DNA of 61,676 nucleotides, counting the filler, from Hausera hauseri (taxonomy: Eukaryota), in assembly GCA_046269625.1 (NCBI GenBank). It is 11 parts of 11 records of this genome, joined end to end, with 100 filler letters (N's around TTAATTAATTAA, not from the genome) between each part and the next. Parts side by side here need not be neighbours in the genome. Positions count along the whole stretch, not along the records: positions 19,989 to 28,045 come from JBJURY010799867.1; positions 28,146 to 32,953 come from JBJURY010428030.1; 9 more parts are not named here. One strand, 5' to 3'. The position numbers and the translations under genes were made by a program. The notes beneath the pieces were generated by a model, which was not told the origin of the DNA, made no database searches, and saw only the letters and a list, made by a program, of their open reading frames with translations. Of the stretch, positions 22,475 to 32,953 are shown piece after piece (positions within the stretch are counted from its first letter, which is position 1; each line of letters begins with the position of its first letter).

Positions 22475-25400
22475 GACACCCCACAGAAAATCCAGTATGC
22501 ATGGGGAGGGGCAGACCCAATGCTAACTGTCAAAGTGAGGACTGACACATTGCCGTTTCTAGTTGACACTGGAGCGACGTTTTCAACCATCAACCGCACA
22601 CCACCTGACTGCCTACTATCAACACAGTCAGTGGAGGTTGTTGGATTTTCTGGGGTAAAACAGAGACTGCCTGTAACAGTTCCCCTTACCACACAAGTGG
22701 GAACACAGACGCTGACTCATCCTTTTGTGATCGCGAGAGAAGCTCCTGCGAATCTCCTCGGGAGAGATCTTCTCATCAAACTTGGGGCTTCAATTCTTTG
22801 TGCACCTGAGGGACTGACTGTCCGGCTTCCGGATGGAACCACCTTGAACTGTGGCCTGGTCACCACTTCTCACTCTCAGTGTGTGATCCAACCCATCCAG
22901 GACGAGTTTGCGGACATCTACTGGGGGCTGATTGAACCGGAGATCCCTGGGGGGATGGGGGTTTTCTCTGCATATCTGGCGTGGAAGCCGTGGTTTCAGA
23001 CTCTTGAACCGTACGCATCACTCTCAGATCCCTTACATGTGACCCTCTATTATGACAGGAAAGGTGATGAGGTTTTTCAAGATCACTTTGCAGAGCAACT
23101 ACAAGGAAATTTCTGGTCAATTAAAACAGGTAACATTTATGCAGGAAAACAAGGAATAGCAGCCATTGTAAACTTCACTCCTGAACAGGAGGCCTGGTAT
23201 ATGATGGGCACAGAAGCGGTGCCTCATGTATCGCTGGGTTTGAGTCCACATTATCAGGCTAAAGATCTAGGTCCAATGGTGAAGATGGCTTCAGAAGCCT
23301 CAGACTGGGTAGAAACAGCTCTAAACAATGTCTGGTTCTCGCCTAGCTGTGAATGTTATTCAGTTGATTCAGAATCGAATGATGTCGCCTTATTACAGCA
23401 TGAGGTACTTCCCATGGAACATGGACGTGAACAGACTGACCACCCGCTCGCAGGTCAGCTGATGGATAGTATGCCTGAGTCGTTGTGGTCTGCAGGACCC
23501 ACAGATGTGGGACTGACGAACTGCACTCCCATATCGTTTCAGGTCCAAAACACTTACCCTATTTGGCTAAAACAATATCCACACAAACACGCAGCTGAAG
23601 AGGGAATTTCTGAAACGATCATGGGGTTAAAACGAAGTGGGGTTTTGGAACCTTCGTACTCTGATTGGAACACACCTATTTTGCCGGTACAAAAACCAGG
23701 TACAGGTAAATATCGCATGGCACATGATCTGAGAGCCATAAATAAATTACTTGTCACACCCACCGTACCAGTACCAAATCCTTATGTGGCCTTAAGTAAC
23801 CTAACCCCGGAACATGAATGGTTCAGCTGTCTGGACCTCGCGAACGCCTTTTTCTGTCTTCCCCTCGCAGAAGAATGTAGAGACATATTTTCATTCATGT
23901 ATCGTGGAGAAAAATTGCGATATACAAGACTACCTCAGGGGTTTGCACTGTCACCAGGGATTTTCAACCAAGTGCTAAAACAGGCCCTATGCGACATAGA
24001 ACTGCCACAAGGCACAGTGCTTGTCCAGTATGTTGATGATTTGTTAATCGCGAGCCATACTGCACAAGACTCATTACAAGCCACCGAGGACGTGTTGCGT
24101 CATCTGCATGCCGCTGGTTTTAAAGTGAGTAAAAATAAACTTCAAGTGACGCGAAAACAGGTATCATTCTTGGGAAGAATTATCTCTCAGAAAGGAGCAG
24201 GTCTTTCTTATTCCCACCGCGATGCCATCCTGCATCATCCGAAACCGCGGACAGTAAAAGAAATGCTGTCATTTTTGGGCCTGACGGGATACAGCAGAAA
24301 TTATATCCCAAACTACACAGGCCTGACACAAACCTTGCGCGTCTTGGTCAAACAGAAAGGAATGAGAAACCTCACAGCTCCATTGGACTGGACTGAGGAG
24401 GCCGAAAAAACATTTATTGACATAAAGCAGCATCTGAGCAGTGCAGCTGAGCTAGCTCTTGCTGACTATGGAAAACCCTTCTATTTGGATGTTTCTGAAA
24501 CAGACGGAGTGATGAATGGTGTCTTGTTTCAGAAACATGAGGGGGGGAGAACAACATTAATGTATGTTAGCGTTATGCTAGACAACACAGAAAAAAGACA
24601 CCCACCGTGTACACAACATGCAGCAGGTCTGGCCAAACTGATTCAGAAAACAGCTCATCTGGTAATGGGACATCCTCTACATGTGTTGACCTCACACAGT
24701 GTAGTTGCATATGTTAACTCACAAAACTTCACTATGTCACCATTAAGACAACAGCGTATAAACAAAATACTGGAAGCACCAAACTTGTTGTTCACTCATG
24801 AAGGGATAAACATGGCAGACAGAATAGGCACCGGAGAACCACATGCATGCCAAAAGAGGGTGGAGAGAGATGAGAAGGTCAGACCAGACCTAAAAGCCGC
24901 ACCTCTGGGTGACGGACAGGTGGTATTCAGTGATGGTAGTTGTTTCCGTCAGGAGGATGGACAGCTCAGTGCTGGTTACGCAGTGGTACAGCAGACAGAC
25001 CAGGGTTATGAGACAATAGCCCAGGAGAGACTGCAGGGAGCTCAGTCAGCACAGAGGGCTGAGGTAAGGGCCCTGATTGCAGCATTACAGTGGGCTGAAG
25101 GAAGAAAAGTCACCATTTTCACTGACTCAGCTTATGCTTTTGGAGCAGCGCACGTGGAGCTGGCTCAGTGGATGAGAGGAGGTTTTCTAACAGCGAATGG
25201 AAAGCCAATTAAACATGAAAAAGACATGAAAGAACTAGCAACAGCTTTGATGTTACCTGCAGAGGTAGCCATCGTAAAGTGTAAAGGACACGACACAGAG
25301 GCATCAAACACGGCCAGAGGAAACTTTCAGGCCGACCAGGAGGCTAAAAGAGCAGCAGGCTACATCACTGGGAGTCAGATGATGCTTGTAACAGCAGAAG

Positions 25401-26596
25401 AGGAATGTGGGATGAGATGGGATGCTGCAACGGTGGCCTGTTGTCAACAAGGAGCAGCTCCCCTCGAGAAATCAGTGTGGATTGAGTATGGAGCTGAACA
25501 AAATGAAGATGGACTGTGGACTGGACCAGGAGACAGCAGATGGGTCCTACCGTTGACATTGAAGAGGAGAGTTTTTGAAGAAGCGCACGGTTTGGCTCAC
25601 GTGGGGGCACACCAGATGGGAAAAAACATCCTTTCTTGGTGGCATCCACACATGAAAACGATGATCAGAGAATTTGTGAAAAGCTGCACGGTGTGTAATT
25701 TGTATAACTCAAAACCAACCATTAAACCGAGTGCGCAAGGGAAATTTCCAGTAAACATGACACCAGGTCATGAGATAATTATTGATTACACCGATATGAT
25801 TCATGCCGTACGAGGATTCAAATATTTGCTTGTTTGCGTCGATGCATTCACCGGTTGGCCAGAAGCGTGGCCTGCGAAAAAAGAGGACAGTCAGACTGTC
25901 ATTAAGTGCCTAATCAATCATTACATACCGAGACACGGGTTTCCAACAACAATAAGGTCAGATAATGGAACACACTTTAAAAACTCAGATCTTCAGAAGG
26001 TGGAAAAAGCATTAGGCTTGAAGCATGCTTTTGGGACAGTGTACCACCCTCAATCTCAAGGGAAGGTTGAGAGAATGAACAGAAACCTCAAACAAAAATT
26101 GTCAAAAATCTGTGCACAGACTAATTCCAATTGGCTTGATTCATTGCCCATAGCGCTCATGGCCGTTAGGGCTTCTGTTAACAGGGGTACAGGTTTCACC
26201 CCTTATGAATTAACGACAGGAAGATCTTTCCCTGGGCCTCAGCAAAATATTGAGTGGCCCACTGAACAGGTAATGATGATGTCACACAAGACATATTATA
26301 ACACACTTGGAGCCTTGTTGTCCAGCTTTGCTCAACAGATTACAGATTCCAGTGCTGATCAGGAGGAAGGGCCGGTGAATCCCACCTCAAACTGGGTCCT
26401 GCTGAGAGTGGTGAAACGAAAGTGGGCGGAACCCAGGTGGACGGGTCCGTACGAGGTCAGAGATCGTACATCACATGCTGTACGTCTGAAGGGAAAGGGC
26501 TCCACGTGGTTTCATCTCAGCCAGTGTGCACCTGCTGAAGAGCCCAACCGCTCGCTGGACCAGGTGGAGGCGGATCTGCTGGAACAACGCGAGTAA
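22475..26596 (+). CDS. pol: Endogenous retrovirus Pol (PR, 2H-like insert, RT, tether, RNase H, IN), expressed by gag stop readthrough
   Basis: LVDTGA/NLLGRDLL, LDLANAFF, LPQGF, QYVDDLL, retroviral RNase H FSDGS...SAQRAE...FTDSAY, HHCC, and DDE IDYTD/SDNGTHF/PQSQGKVER. The frame is open from the gag stop. Confidence 0.95.
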   Translation, partial: DTPQKIQYAWGGADPMLTVKVRTDTLPFLVDTGATFSTINRTPPDCLLSTQSVEVVGFSGVKQRLPVTVPLTTQVGTQTLTHPFVIAREAPANLLGRDLLIKLGASILCAPEGLTVRLPDGTTLNCGLVTTSHSQCVIQPIQDEFADIYWGLIEPEIPGGMGVFSAYLAWKPWFQTLEPYASLSDPLHVTLYYDRKGDEVFQDHFAEQLQGNFWSIKTGNIYAGKQGIAAIVNFTPEQEAWYMMGTEAVPHVSLGLSPHYQAKDLGPMVKMASEASDWVETALNNVWFSPSCECYSVDSESNDVALLQHEVLPMEHGREQTDHPLAGQLMDSMPESLWSAGPTDVGLTNCTPISFQVQNTYPIWLKQYPHKHAAEEGISETIMGLKRSGVLEPSYSDWNTPILPVQKPGTGKYRMAHDLRAINKLLVTPTVPVPNPYVALSNLTPEHEWFSCLDLANAFFCLPLAEECRDIFSFMYRGEKLRYTRLPQGFALSPGIFNQVLKQALCDIELPQGTVLVQYVDDLLIASHTAQDSLQATEDVLRHLHAAGFKVSKNKLQVTRKQVSFLGRIISQKGAGLSYSHRDAILHHPKPRTVKEMLSFLGLTGYSRNYIPNYTGLTQTLRVLVKQKGMRNLTAPLDWTEEAEKTFIDIKQHLSSAAELALADYGKPFYLDVSETDGVMNGVLFQKHEGGRTTLMYVSVMLDNTEKRHPPCTQHAAGLAKLIQKTAHLVMGHPLHVLTSHSVVAYVNSQNFTMSPLRQQRINKILEAPNLLFTHEGINMADRIGTGEPHACQKRVERDEKVRPDLKAAPLGDGQVVFSDGSCFRQEDGQLSAGYAVVQQTDQGYETIAQERLQGAQSAQRAEVRALIAALQWAEGRKVTIFTDSAYAFGAAHVELAQWMRGGFLTANGKPIKHEKDMKELATALMLPAEVAIVKCKGHDTEASNTARGNFQADQEAKRAAGYITGSQMMLVTAEEECGMRWDAATVACCQQGAAPLEKSVWIEYGAEQNEDGLWTGPGDSRWVLPLTLKRRVFEEAHGLAHVGAHQMGKNILSWWHPHMKTMIREFVKSCTVCNLYNSKPTIKPSAQGKFPVNMTPGHEIIIDYTDMIHAVRGFKYLLVCVDAFTGWPEAWPAKKEDSQTVIKCLINHYIPRHGFPTTIRSDNGTHFKNSDLQKVEKALGLKHAFGTVYHPQSQGKVERMNRNLKQKLSKICAQTNSNWLDSLPIALMAVRASVNRGTGFTPYELTTGRSFPGPQQNIEWPTEQVMMMSHKTYYNTLGALLSSFAQQITDSSADQEEGPVNPTSNWVLLRVVKRKWAEPRWTGPYEVRDRTSHAVRLKGKGSTWFHLSQCAPAEEPNRSLDQVEADLLEQRE

Positions 26597-26899
26597 GGCC
26601 CCCACCCTTCTGGAGAGGGTGATAGACCTTCGTGGGAGCTCACTCTTTGCCCCTTTGCCCTTTGTTGAAAAAAGGCAGTAGCAAAACATTGGAGAAAGGA
26701 GTCTCCGCTCTGCCTAAAGTCGGTCAGTCAGGTGGAACGGGGAAGGAAGGAAGATTCCCAGCCCTGACCGTGAAGAAAAGAACACGCGTCACACTGATTT
26801 AGTTTTTGACCCCTCACACACACGTCATTTAGAAAAGTCTAAGCACACTGATATAGGTTCTGAGACTTTTACATGAAGTTAACTCCGCGGGCCGAATAC

Positions 26900-27870
26900 C
26901 GCTGAGCACCATGGACCCTTGTGGACGAACAAGGGCTCCCACCGCAAGCTTCAAGAACCGAAGATCTGCTGAATAGTTTAATATGTTTAATATGAGTATT
27001 TGTCTTTTCTTTTAGTCATTCTGAGGAAACAACCAGAGCTTTTAAAAGGGTCGGTTAATTCAATTGAGAACTATAACTATTCTAAATTTTCCTCCATTCA
27101 ATAGGGCTTTCAATCATTCTAACATCTCTTGAGGTATTTTAATGGTGATTTTAATTTTTGAAAATTTCAATTTGTGGTATTAAGGGTCAATTTTTGGTTA
27201 TATAAAAGTGTTTTTGATATTATTGGATTTAATCTTTCAGGAGTGTGGTGGTGTTTTATTGGAGGTGAAAATGCTAGAGGGTGCTGTTTGAACATGAGTG
27301 GGATTAGATGGACTTTTACTGGGTTAGATTTTTACTATGCATGCAGGTTGGATTAATTTTGCTTTGCAGGTTTATTTAATTGATTCCTGGTTCACGTTAA
27401 GAAATTTACATTATGTGTGTGTATTGTCCATTGGTTCTGTGATAATATTATTCTTTCAGGTTATGTGGGGCTGACATTTTTCCTGCATGTACTGTTGCAT
27501 TCAAGTTTACACATAATTAATTTTCATTTTCAGGGTGTGATACCAAACAGGGTTCTCATATCAAATAGGATGTTGACCGAGGGGGTAGTAGAGATAATGG
27601 GGTTTCTTGTTTTGGTGATGGAGTGTTCTGGTTATTATTTATGGTTGTGTGGGCATGCAGTGCTTTTAACTCTTTCCTCTAATTGGACAGGTCTCTGCGC
27701 ACCTGGGGCGGTCACAGACAAATAGCTTCTGTTATTTTTAGGTAATATCTCAGGCGACGGATGCATTAAGCACTGGACGACAGGGGACATGGTTATGCTT
27801 TCACTTTCTCATTGGGCTGGTGTTGGTAAACTCTTTTTACGTGTTGAGACTTTGGATTACTGCTTCATAA
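26900..27870 (+). pseudogene. env: Eroded, internally deleted env of the ERV
   Basis: YLWLCGHAVLLTLSSNWTGLCAP (class I env WLCG...NWxGxC motif, ~27630-27705) and a TM-like GVGKLFLRVETLDY (~27815-27860), with many stops. Confidence 0.65.
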
Positions 27871-28015
27871 TTGTCATTATTTCAATTGTTCAATTGTTGT
27901 TAAAGCGCTAGAGGGGATTTCGGCCATATTGTCCACCCTGAGAGTGGTGGTTTTATAGGATAGAATGTTTTTGGATCTATTAACGACGTCTAGGTGTAAA
28001 GTGTGTGAAGCTATT

Positions 28016-28045
28016 GGAGGGGATGTAAGTTGTACTTGTAACCTG
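28016..28045 (+). repeat. ERV polypurine tract and start of the 3' LTR (TGTAAG at 28024)
   Basis: GGAGGGGA followed directly by TGTAAG at the contig end, where an LTR repeat would break the assembly. Confidence 0.65.
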
Positions 28046-28366
28046 NNNNNNNNNNNNNNNNNNNNNNNNNNNNNNNNNNNNNNNNNNNNTTAATTAATTA
28101 ANNNNNNNNNNNNNNNNNNNNNNNNNNNNNNNNNNNNNNNNNNNNTATAAATATATATATATCGAAAGTTTTATTGAAACTGGGGGTGACAACGGATTTA
28201 GGGGTGCTGAGTGGGAGTCTCTCGCTCTTTCTGTGCGAAAACGTGAATAACGGTCGCTACTCCGGTATAAGTGCCAATTTTCCCCAAAATCGCACGTTTT
28301 TGCTAATTTTCAGGTGGCAAATCAACGTTGAGCAAAATTTATTTTAATAATATAGAGATGTGCATC

Positions 28367-31300
28367 TTATAGAGCAAAGCTTACTCTTTTGATTGAGACC
28401 CTTTTTGAATTTTTCAAAATTGATTTTCTATCAGAAACACGCCGATGTTGCAGAGGTGTCCGGTGCTCCAGGAGCGGGCGATTTTCTTCCCGCCCTGGGT
28501 CTAAAAAAGCTGGTTTGAGCCTGTCGATGCTGACGCGATCTTGAGTACTATTTCGGAGGATGGTGAACACCTTCTTGTCCCTTTTTAAAACCTTAAAGGG
28601 GCCATCGTAAACAGGGGTGAGAGTTTTCCTGCAGAATGAATCTCTCCTCAGGAAAACGTGAGAGACAAAAAACAATGCGTCTGGGATATACGAATGCTGC
28701 TGAGGGAACCTTGGCAATGAAGCGCATATATTAGCCATGGTATCCTTTAACTCCTTGCAACTTGACGTTTGCAACTGTGTAGACGGAGGAGAGGGTGCAA
28801 CCAGCTCTCCAGGTAATCTTAGATGTTTCCCGAAAACTAGTTCTGCTGGAGAATATCCTATATCCGCCTTTACCGTGGCGCGCAAACCAAGCAATACCAA
28901 AGGGAGTTTCTTAGTCCAGGAGGGATCTTCCGTAGCTCTCAGGGCGGCTTTCAAAGTCCTATGAAAACGCTCTATAACCCCATTAGTCTGGGGGTGGTAC
29001 GGGCTAATATAACGTGGCTCTGATCCCAGTAGGGGCAATAATTCCTTCCACACGGCGCTTACAAAAGGACCGCCATTATCCGACAGGGTGCTGCTTGGAA
29101 CGCCATACCGGCAGACCCAATGTTGCAAGAAAGCCTGCGCTACTGTAGTGGTGTCGGCCTTCCTCAAGGGGATAGCTTCCATGAACCGTGTGAATCTGCA
29201 GATCATAGTTAAGATATAGTGGTAACCGTTGTCGGGTGGCATGGAGACAATATCGATATGCACTTGAGAAAGTCTCTCTGTTGGAGCCGGAAAAGCCTGT
29301 AGAGGGGACTTCGTGTGTCTGTAGACCTTGCTCTTCTGGCAGGGGATGCAAGTTTTAACCCAATTTGCAATATCCTTGTTCATACCGGGCCAAACGAATC
29401 GCTGAGAAATGGTTAATCGAGAACCCCGTATTCCGGGATGGGCCATTTTGTGCACAAGTTGAAAAATGAGGCGCCTGTATTCCACGGGGACCCAAGGACG
29501 TGGTCTGCCCGTCGAGACATCCACGATTAGCTTCCGGGAGGATTCAGGGATATCCATTTCCTGAAAATCCAATGAAGGAAATTCCTGACGAAGGGAGTTC
29601 AAAGACAGCGTGTCTTGTGCTTCGGCCATCTGTCGATAACTGATTTCGGGGAGGCAAAGTATTTGATCCGGGTTTGAACGAAGGGCAAAACATTCTTGCA
29701 CGTCCGATGAACAATCCGGCGCTTCTGATGAAAAGGTAGTTTCTTCAGCTGGCGATGAGATCTGAGGGGGATTATTATACGTAGTTGCGTGTGTGTTAAT
29801 TGATGCGGAATGGTGTTGTGAGTGAGTGTAAGGCGTAGGAGAGTGGGGAATGCTAACTGTCGGCGAAGTAAAAAGAGAGATTAGATTTATATCAAGGTAA
29901 GGAATATCGGATGTAAGAGGTTCGTCATGAGCAGACGGGGCAATGTCTGAAGGATGTTCAACCCGAGAGAGGGCGTCAGCGACGGGATTAGCGACTCCGG
30001 GCACATAAGTAATTTTACTCGTAAATTGAGAAATATAATCCAAGTAGCGTGAATCTCTTGGGCTGTGAGAATAATGTGGGCGCGACAAAGCAAAAGTAAG
30101 GGGCTTGTGATCAGTAAATATTGTGAAATCGCAGCCTTCAAGTAAAAATCGATAATGTTTAACGGCCAAGTAAATAGCTAGTAATTCCCTTCCGAAAGTA
30201 GAATATTTCATTTGTGTTGTAGAAAATCTACGGGAAAAGTACGAGATAGGGTGCCAAGTTTCGTTTTCGTGAAATTGTAGAACGGCACCAGCGCAAGTTA
30301 AGCTTGCATCAGTAAATAATCCTAAAGGCAGGTTATAATTAGGAGGCTTTACAGGCGGAAGGTCAATGAGGACCTGTTTCGCAGCAACAAAAGCCTCTTC
30401 CCCCTCGGGGGTCCACTTAATAATCTCTTTTTTGGACTTATGGGTACCTTTCAGATATTCATGAAGAGGGGCGAATAAAGATGCCGCGTTAGGAATCAAA
30501 CTTCTATAATAATTGATAAGGCCAAGGAATCGGCGCAATTCTTGCAAGTTGGAAGGTTTTGGGAAATTAGAGATGGCTTGGACTTTGTCCTCCACCGGGA
30601 AAATTCCCGTAGAGTTTATTTTATGAGCCAAGAATTCAATCTCGGTAACGCCGAAAAGACATTTGTCAATGTTCAATCGTAAATCGTGATCAGCTAATAA
30701 GGATAAAACCTGGCGAACATGGGAGAGGTGTTCCCTCTCGTTTCGAGAGAATATGAGAATGTCATCGATATAAACGAAAACGAAAGGCAAGTGCCCCAGA
30801 ATGTTGTTTATTAACATTTGGAAGGAGCGACCGGAGTTGGTAAGGCCAAAAGGTGTAAAAAGATATTCAAACGTGCCGATAGGCGTTGTGATAGCGGTTT
30901 TTGCAATATCGTCCTGGTGGACAGGTATGTTGAAATAAGCGTGACGTAAGTCAAGTCTCCCGAACGTCGTAGCGCCGTTCAAATTAGAGGAAAAATCATG
31001 CAAATGGGGAAGAGAGTAAGTGGACGGGGTGGTCCTACAATTTAAAAGTCTATAATCCCCAACCAGACGGAATTCGCCCGGGGTTTTCTTAGGAACTAGG
31101 TGAATAGGGGAAGCCCAAGGGCTCTGAGAAGGCCGAATGATCCCGGCGTCTAATAATTTGCGTATCTCCCTTTTGACAATTTTTAGCTTGTCTGGAGCGA
31201 GGCGACGGGGCTTGCAGAAGATTGGGGGTCCTTTTGTAATAATTCTATGAACGACATCATGCCTAGGTGCGGAACAGACCGGCCCATCGCAAGTTAATGA

Positions 31301-31789
31301 AGGGAACTCAGACAATAACTCGAAGTAGGGTGTGGGAAATTTAGATGAGGGAAGAATATTTGAAATTTGAGAAACCTCATATTTAGGGGAGAAAGCGCAT
31401 GAAAAGGAACGTCCGGAGGGTTTATGAACGAGCCTATGGTGTTCAAAGTCTATTGCAAATGAATGTTTTCGCAAGAAATCACAACCAATGATGGGCTTGC
31501 GCACATCTGCCAAGTAAAATTTATGTGTAAATGGGGCTGATTTACTCAAATAAACTGTGAGATGAACGGCAGAATTCACAGTGACTTCGGATGAATTTGC
31601 ACAATTTAAGGTAAAAGGAGGGACAGGATGGGGGAGAAATTGCCACGAAAACTTAGAAGGTAATAAGGATATAGAAGCACCACTATCTAGTAAGAAGTTA
31701 ATGTGTGTGTTAGAGCAACTAATATATAATAAAATACCTGAGGAAGTAGCCTCGGCCGAGCTGACGCTCGGCCCTCTTCTTAGTTTCCC
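28367..31789 (-). CDS. pol: Gypsy Pol (PR-RT-RH-IN), intact
   Basis: FLLDSGA, YIDDIL, FTDAS..RELLA..TDHKPL, HHCC, DDE integrase and YDGPF in an uninterrupted 1168-aa frame. Confidence 0.95.
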   Translation of the reverse strand, partial: GKLRRGPSVSSAEATSSGILLYISCSNTHINFLLDSGASISLLPSKFSWQFLPHPVPPFTLNCANSSEVTVNSAVHLTVYLSKSAPFTHKFYLADVRKPIIGCDFLRKHSFAIDFEHHRLVHKPSGRSFSCAFSPKYEVSQISNILPSSKFPTPYFELLSEFPSLTCDGPVCSAPRHDVVHRIITKGPPIFCKPRRLAPDKLKIVKREIRKLLDAGIIRPSQSPWASPIHLVPKKTPGEFRLVGDYRLLNCRTTPSTYSLPHLHDFSSNLNGATTFGRLDLRHAYFNIPVHQDDIAKTAITTPIGTFEYLFTPFGLTNSGRSFQMLINNILGHLPFVFVYIDDILIFSRNEREHLSHVRQVLSLLADHDLRLNIDKCLFGVTEIEFLAHKINSTGIFPVEDKVQAISNFPKPSNLQELRRFLGLINYYRSLIPNAASLFAPLHEYLKGTHKSKKEIIKWTPEGEEAFVAAKQVLIDLPPVKPPNYNLPLGLFTDASLTCAGAVLQFHENETWHPISYFSRRFSTTQMKYSTFGRELLAIYLAVKHYRFLLEGCDFTIFTDHKPLTFALSRPHYSHSPRDSRYLDYISQFTSKITYVPGVANPVADALSRVEHPSDIAPSAHDEPLTSDIPYLDINLISLFTSPTVSIPHSPTPYTHSQHHSASINTHATTYNNPPQISSPAEETTFSSEAPDCSSDVQECFALRSNPDQILCLPEISYRQMAEAQDTLSLNSLRQEFPSLDFQEMDIPESSRKLIVDVSTGRPRPWVPVEYRRLIFQLVHKMAHPGIRGSRLTISQRFVWPGMNKDIANWVKTCIPCQKSKVYRHTKSPLQAFPAPTERLSQVHIDIVSMPPDNGYHYILTMICRFTRFMEAIPLRKADTTTVAQAFLQHWVCRYGVPSSTLSDNGGPFVSAVWKELLPLLGSEPRYISPYHPQTNGVIERFHRTLKAALRATEDPSWTKKLPLVLLGLRATVKADIGYSPAELVFGKHLRLPGELVAPSPPSTQLQTSSCKELKDTMANICASLPRFPQQHSYIPDALFFVSHVFLRRDSFCRKTLTPVYDGPFKVLKRDKKVFTILRNSTQDRVSIDRLKPAFLDPGREENRPLLEHRTPLQHRRVSDRKSILKNSKRVSIKRVSFAL
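31754..31789 (-). promoter_or_regulatory. -1 ribosomal frameshift signal: G GGA AAC heptamer plus a downstream 8-bp GC-rich hairpin
   Basis: GGGAAAC at 31789-31783, a 9-nt spacer, then GGCCGAGC-GTCA-GCTCGGCC (31773-31754). Confidence 0.85.
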
Positions 31790-32838
31790 GAAACGGCTTC
31801 TTCTTGATCGACGAAATTGCACGGTGGCATGCAACGATGAGCATGTTGTTTGAATCTCCGATGATAATAACACATCCCATCAGCGTCGGTTCGATTCCCC
31901 GAGGGGTGGGGGGAAGGAGATCTGCTGTGTCGCTGGCGAGATGAAAAACGTCCTCGACGGAAACTATCCGAGCGTTGGCCTCTTTTCGTGAATTCAGCGG
32001 AGACTTTGGAAGACAATTGTTGCATGGACAGTTGCAGTGCCTGGATTGCAGGCAAAAGTTGACTCATCATTTGCTCCATTTTTCTGATGGGGGCCTCCAA
32101 AGTTGATTCTATAGGAGATCGATTCTGCGGCGTTGGTGCCTGGGCACTCGGATGCGATACTCTCTTGTCGACGGCATATACTTGAGGAAGGGTAACCATA
32201 GATAGGCCGGCATCGTATAAGCGGTCAGCGTAATTTGCAAGTTGCTCTAAAGTTGAATCGGGTGAACAGATGGCTAACTGCTGTTTATATACGTCCGGAA
32301 GTCTCTCCAAATAGATTTGCTTGATGATGTCTCTGTTGTCAACACCGGCAGAGAGCGCGTGTTCTTTTAAGCGAGACATAAACTTAGAAGGTCTGTCAAT
32401 TCCTAGTTGATCGGTATGCAATAAACAACGAAGTCTCTGTGTTGCAGATAGGGACATTCGTTCCATGATGCGTTGCTTCAGTGTTTCGTACGGCTGTCGC
32501 GTGGGAATGTCGCTCACCAAGTCTGTTATTTCCATGAGGGCTTCACGCGGGAGATTCTGTAATGCGAAGTGAAATTTCTCATTTGAAGAGGTTATTTTTT
32601 TTTTTGTAAAGGAGTGTTCAAGAATTACAAAAAAGACTGCAGGGTTGCTCGGCAAAAAGATCGGTTTGGAGACTTCGATTGTCAGGGCCTCCGGTTGAAT
32701 AGCGTTCTGTTGCACTTCTGAAGAAACGCTGGCATCGTCTTCTGCCAAAACAAAATCTTGGAAGGAAAGTAGGTCATCTTGAGACATTGTTGCAAGTGAA
32801 GAAGGTAGTAGGCTGGGTTTTAATTCGTGTCGATCCAA
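31780..32838 (-). CDS. gag: Gypsy Gag (CsRN1-like), intact
   Basis: PIFLPSNPAVFF, LGIDRPSKFM and a CYYHRRFKQHAHRCMPPC knuckle. It ends ...VSGN* over a GGGAAAC slippery site. Confidence 0.9.
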   Translation of the reverse strand: MDRHELKPSLLPSSLATMSQDDLLSFQDFVLAEDDASVSSEVQQNAIQPEALTIEVSKPIFLPSNPAVFFVILEHSFTKKKITSSNEKFHFALQNLPREALMEITDLVSDIPTRQPYETLKQRIMERMSLSATQRLRCLLHTDQLGIDRPSKFMSRLKEHALSAGVDNRDIIKQIYLERLPDVYKQQLAICSPDSTLEQLANYADRLYDAGLSMVTLPQVYAVDKRVSHPSAQAPTPQNRSPIESTLEAPIRKMEQMMSQLLPAIQALQLSMQQLSSKVSAEFTKRGQRSDSFRRGRFSSRQRHSRSPSPHPSGNRTDADGMCYYHRRFKQHAHRCMPPCNFVDQEEAVSGN

Positions 32839-32851
32839 ACGTGGAAGCTCC

Positions 32852-32953
32852 AGGGTTCACCAATTTGTAGAGATTAACCCTATTGCAATGAGACTGCAAA
32901 CGGCAAGTAAGGCTTGTTGAATTGAAGATCGGCTGGGTTTTAATCTTTATTAC
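32852..32953 (-). repeat. 3' end of the 5' LTR (ending ...CTACA at 32866) and PBS TGGTGAACCCT
   Basis: On the minus strand: AATAAA ... CTACA-AAT-TGGTGAACCCTGG, just upstream of gag. Confidence 0.7.
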
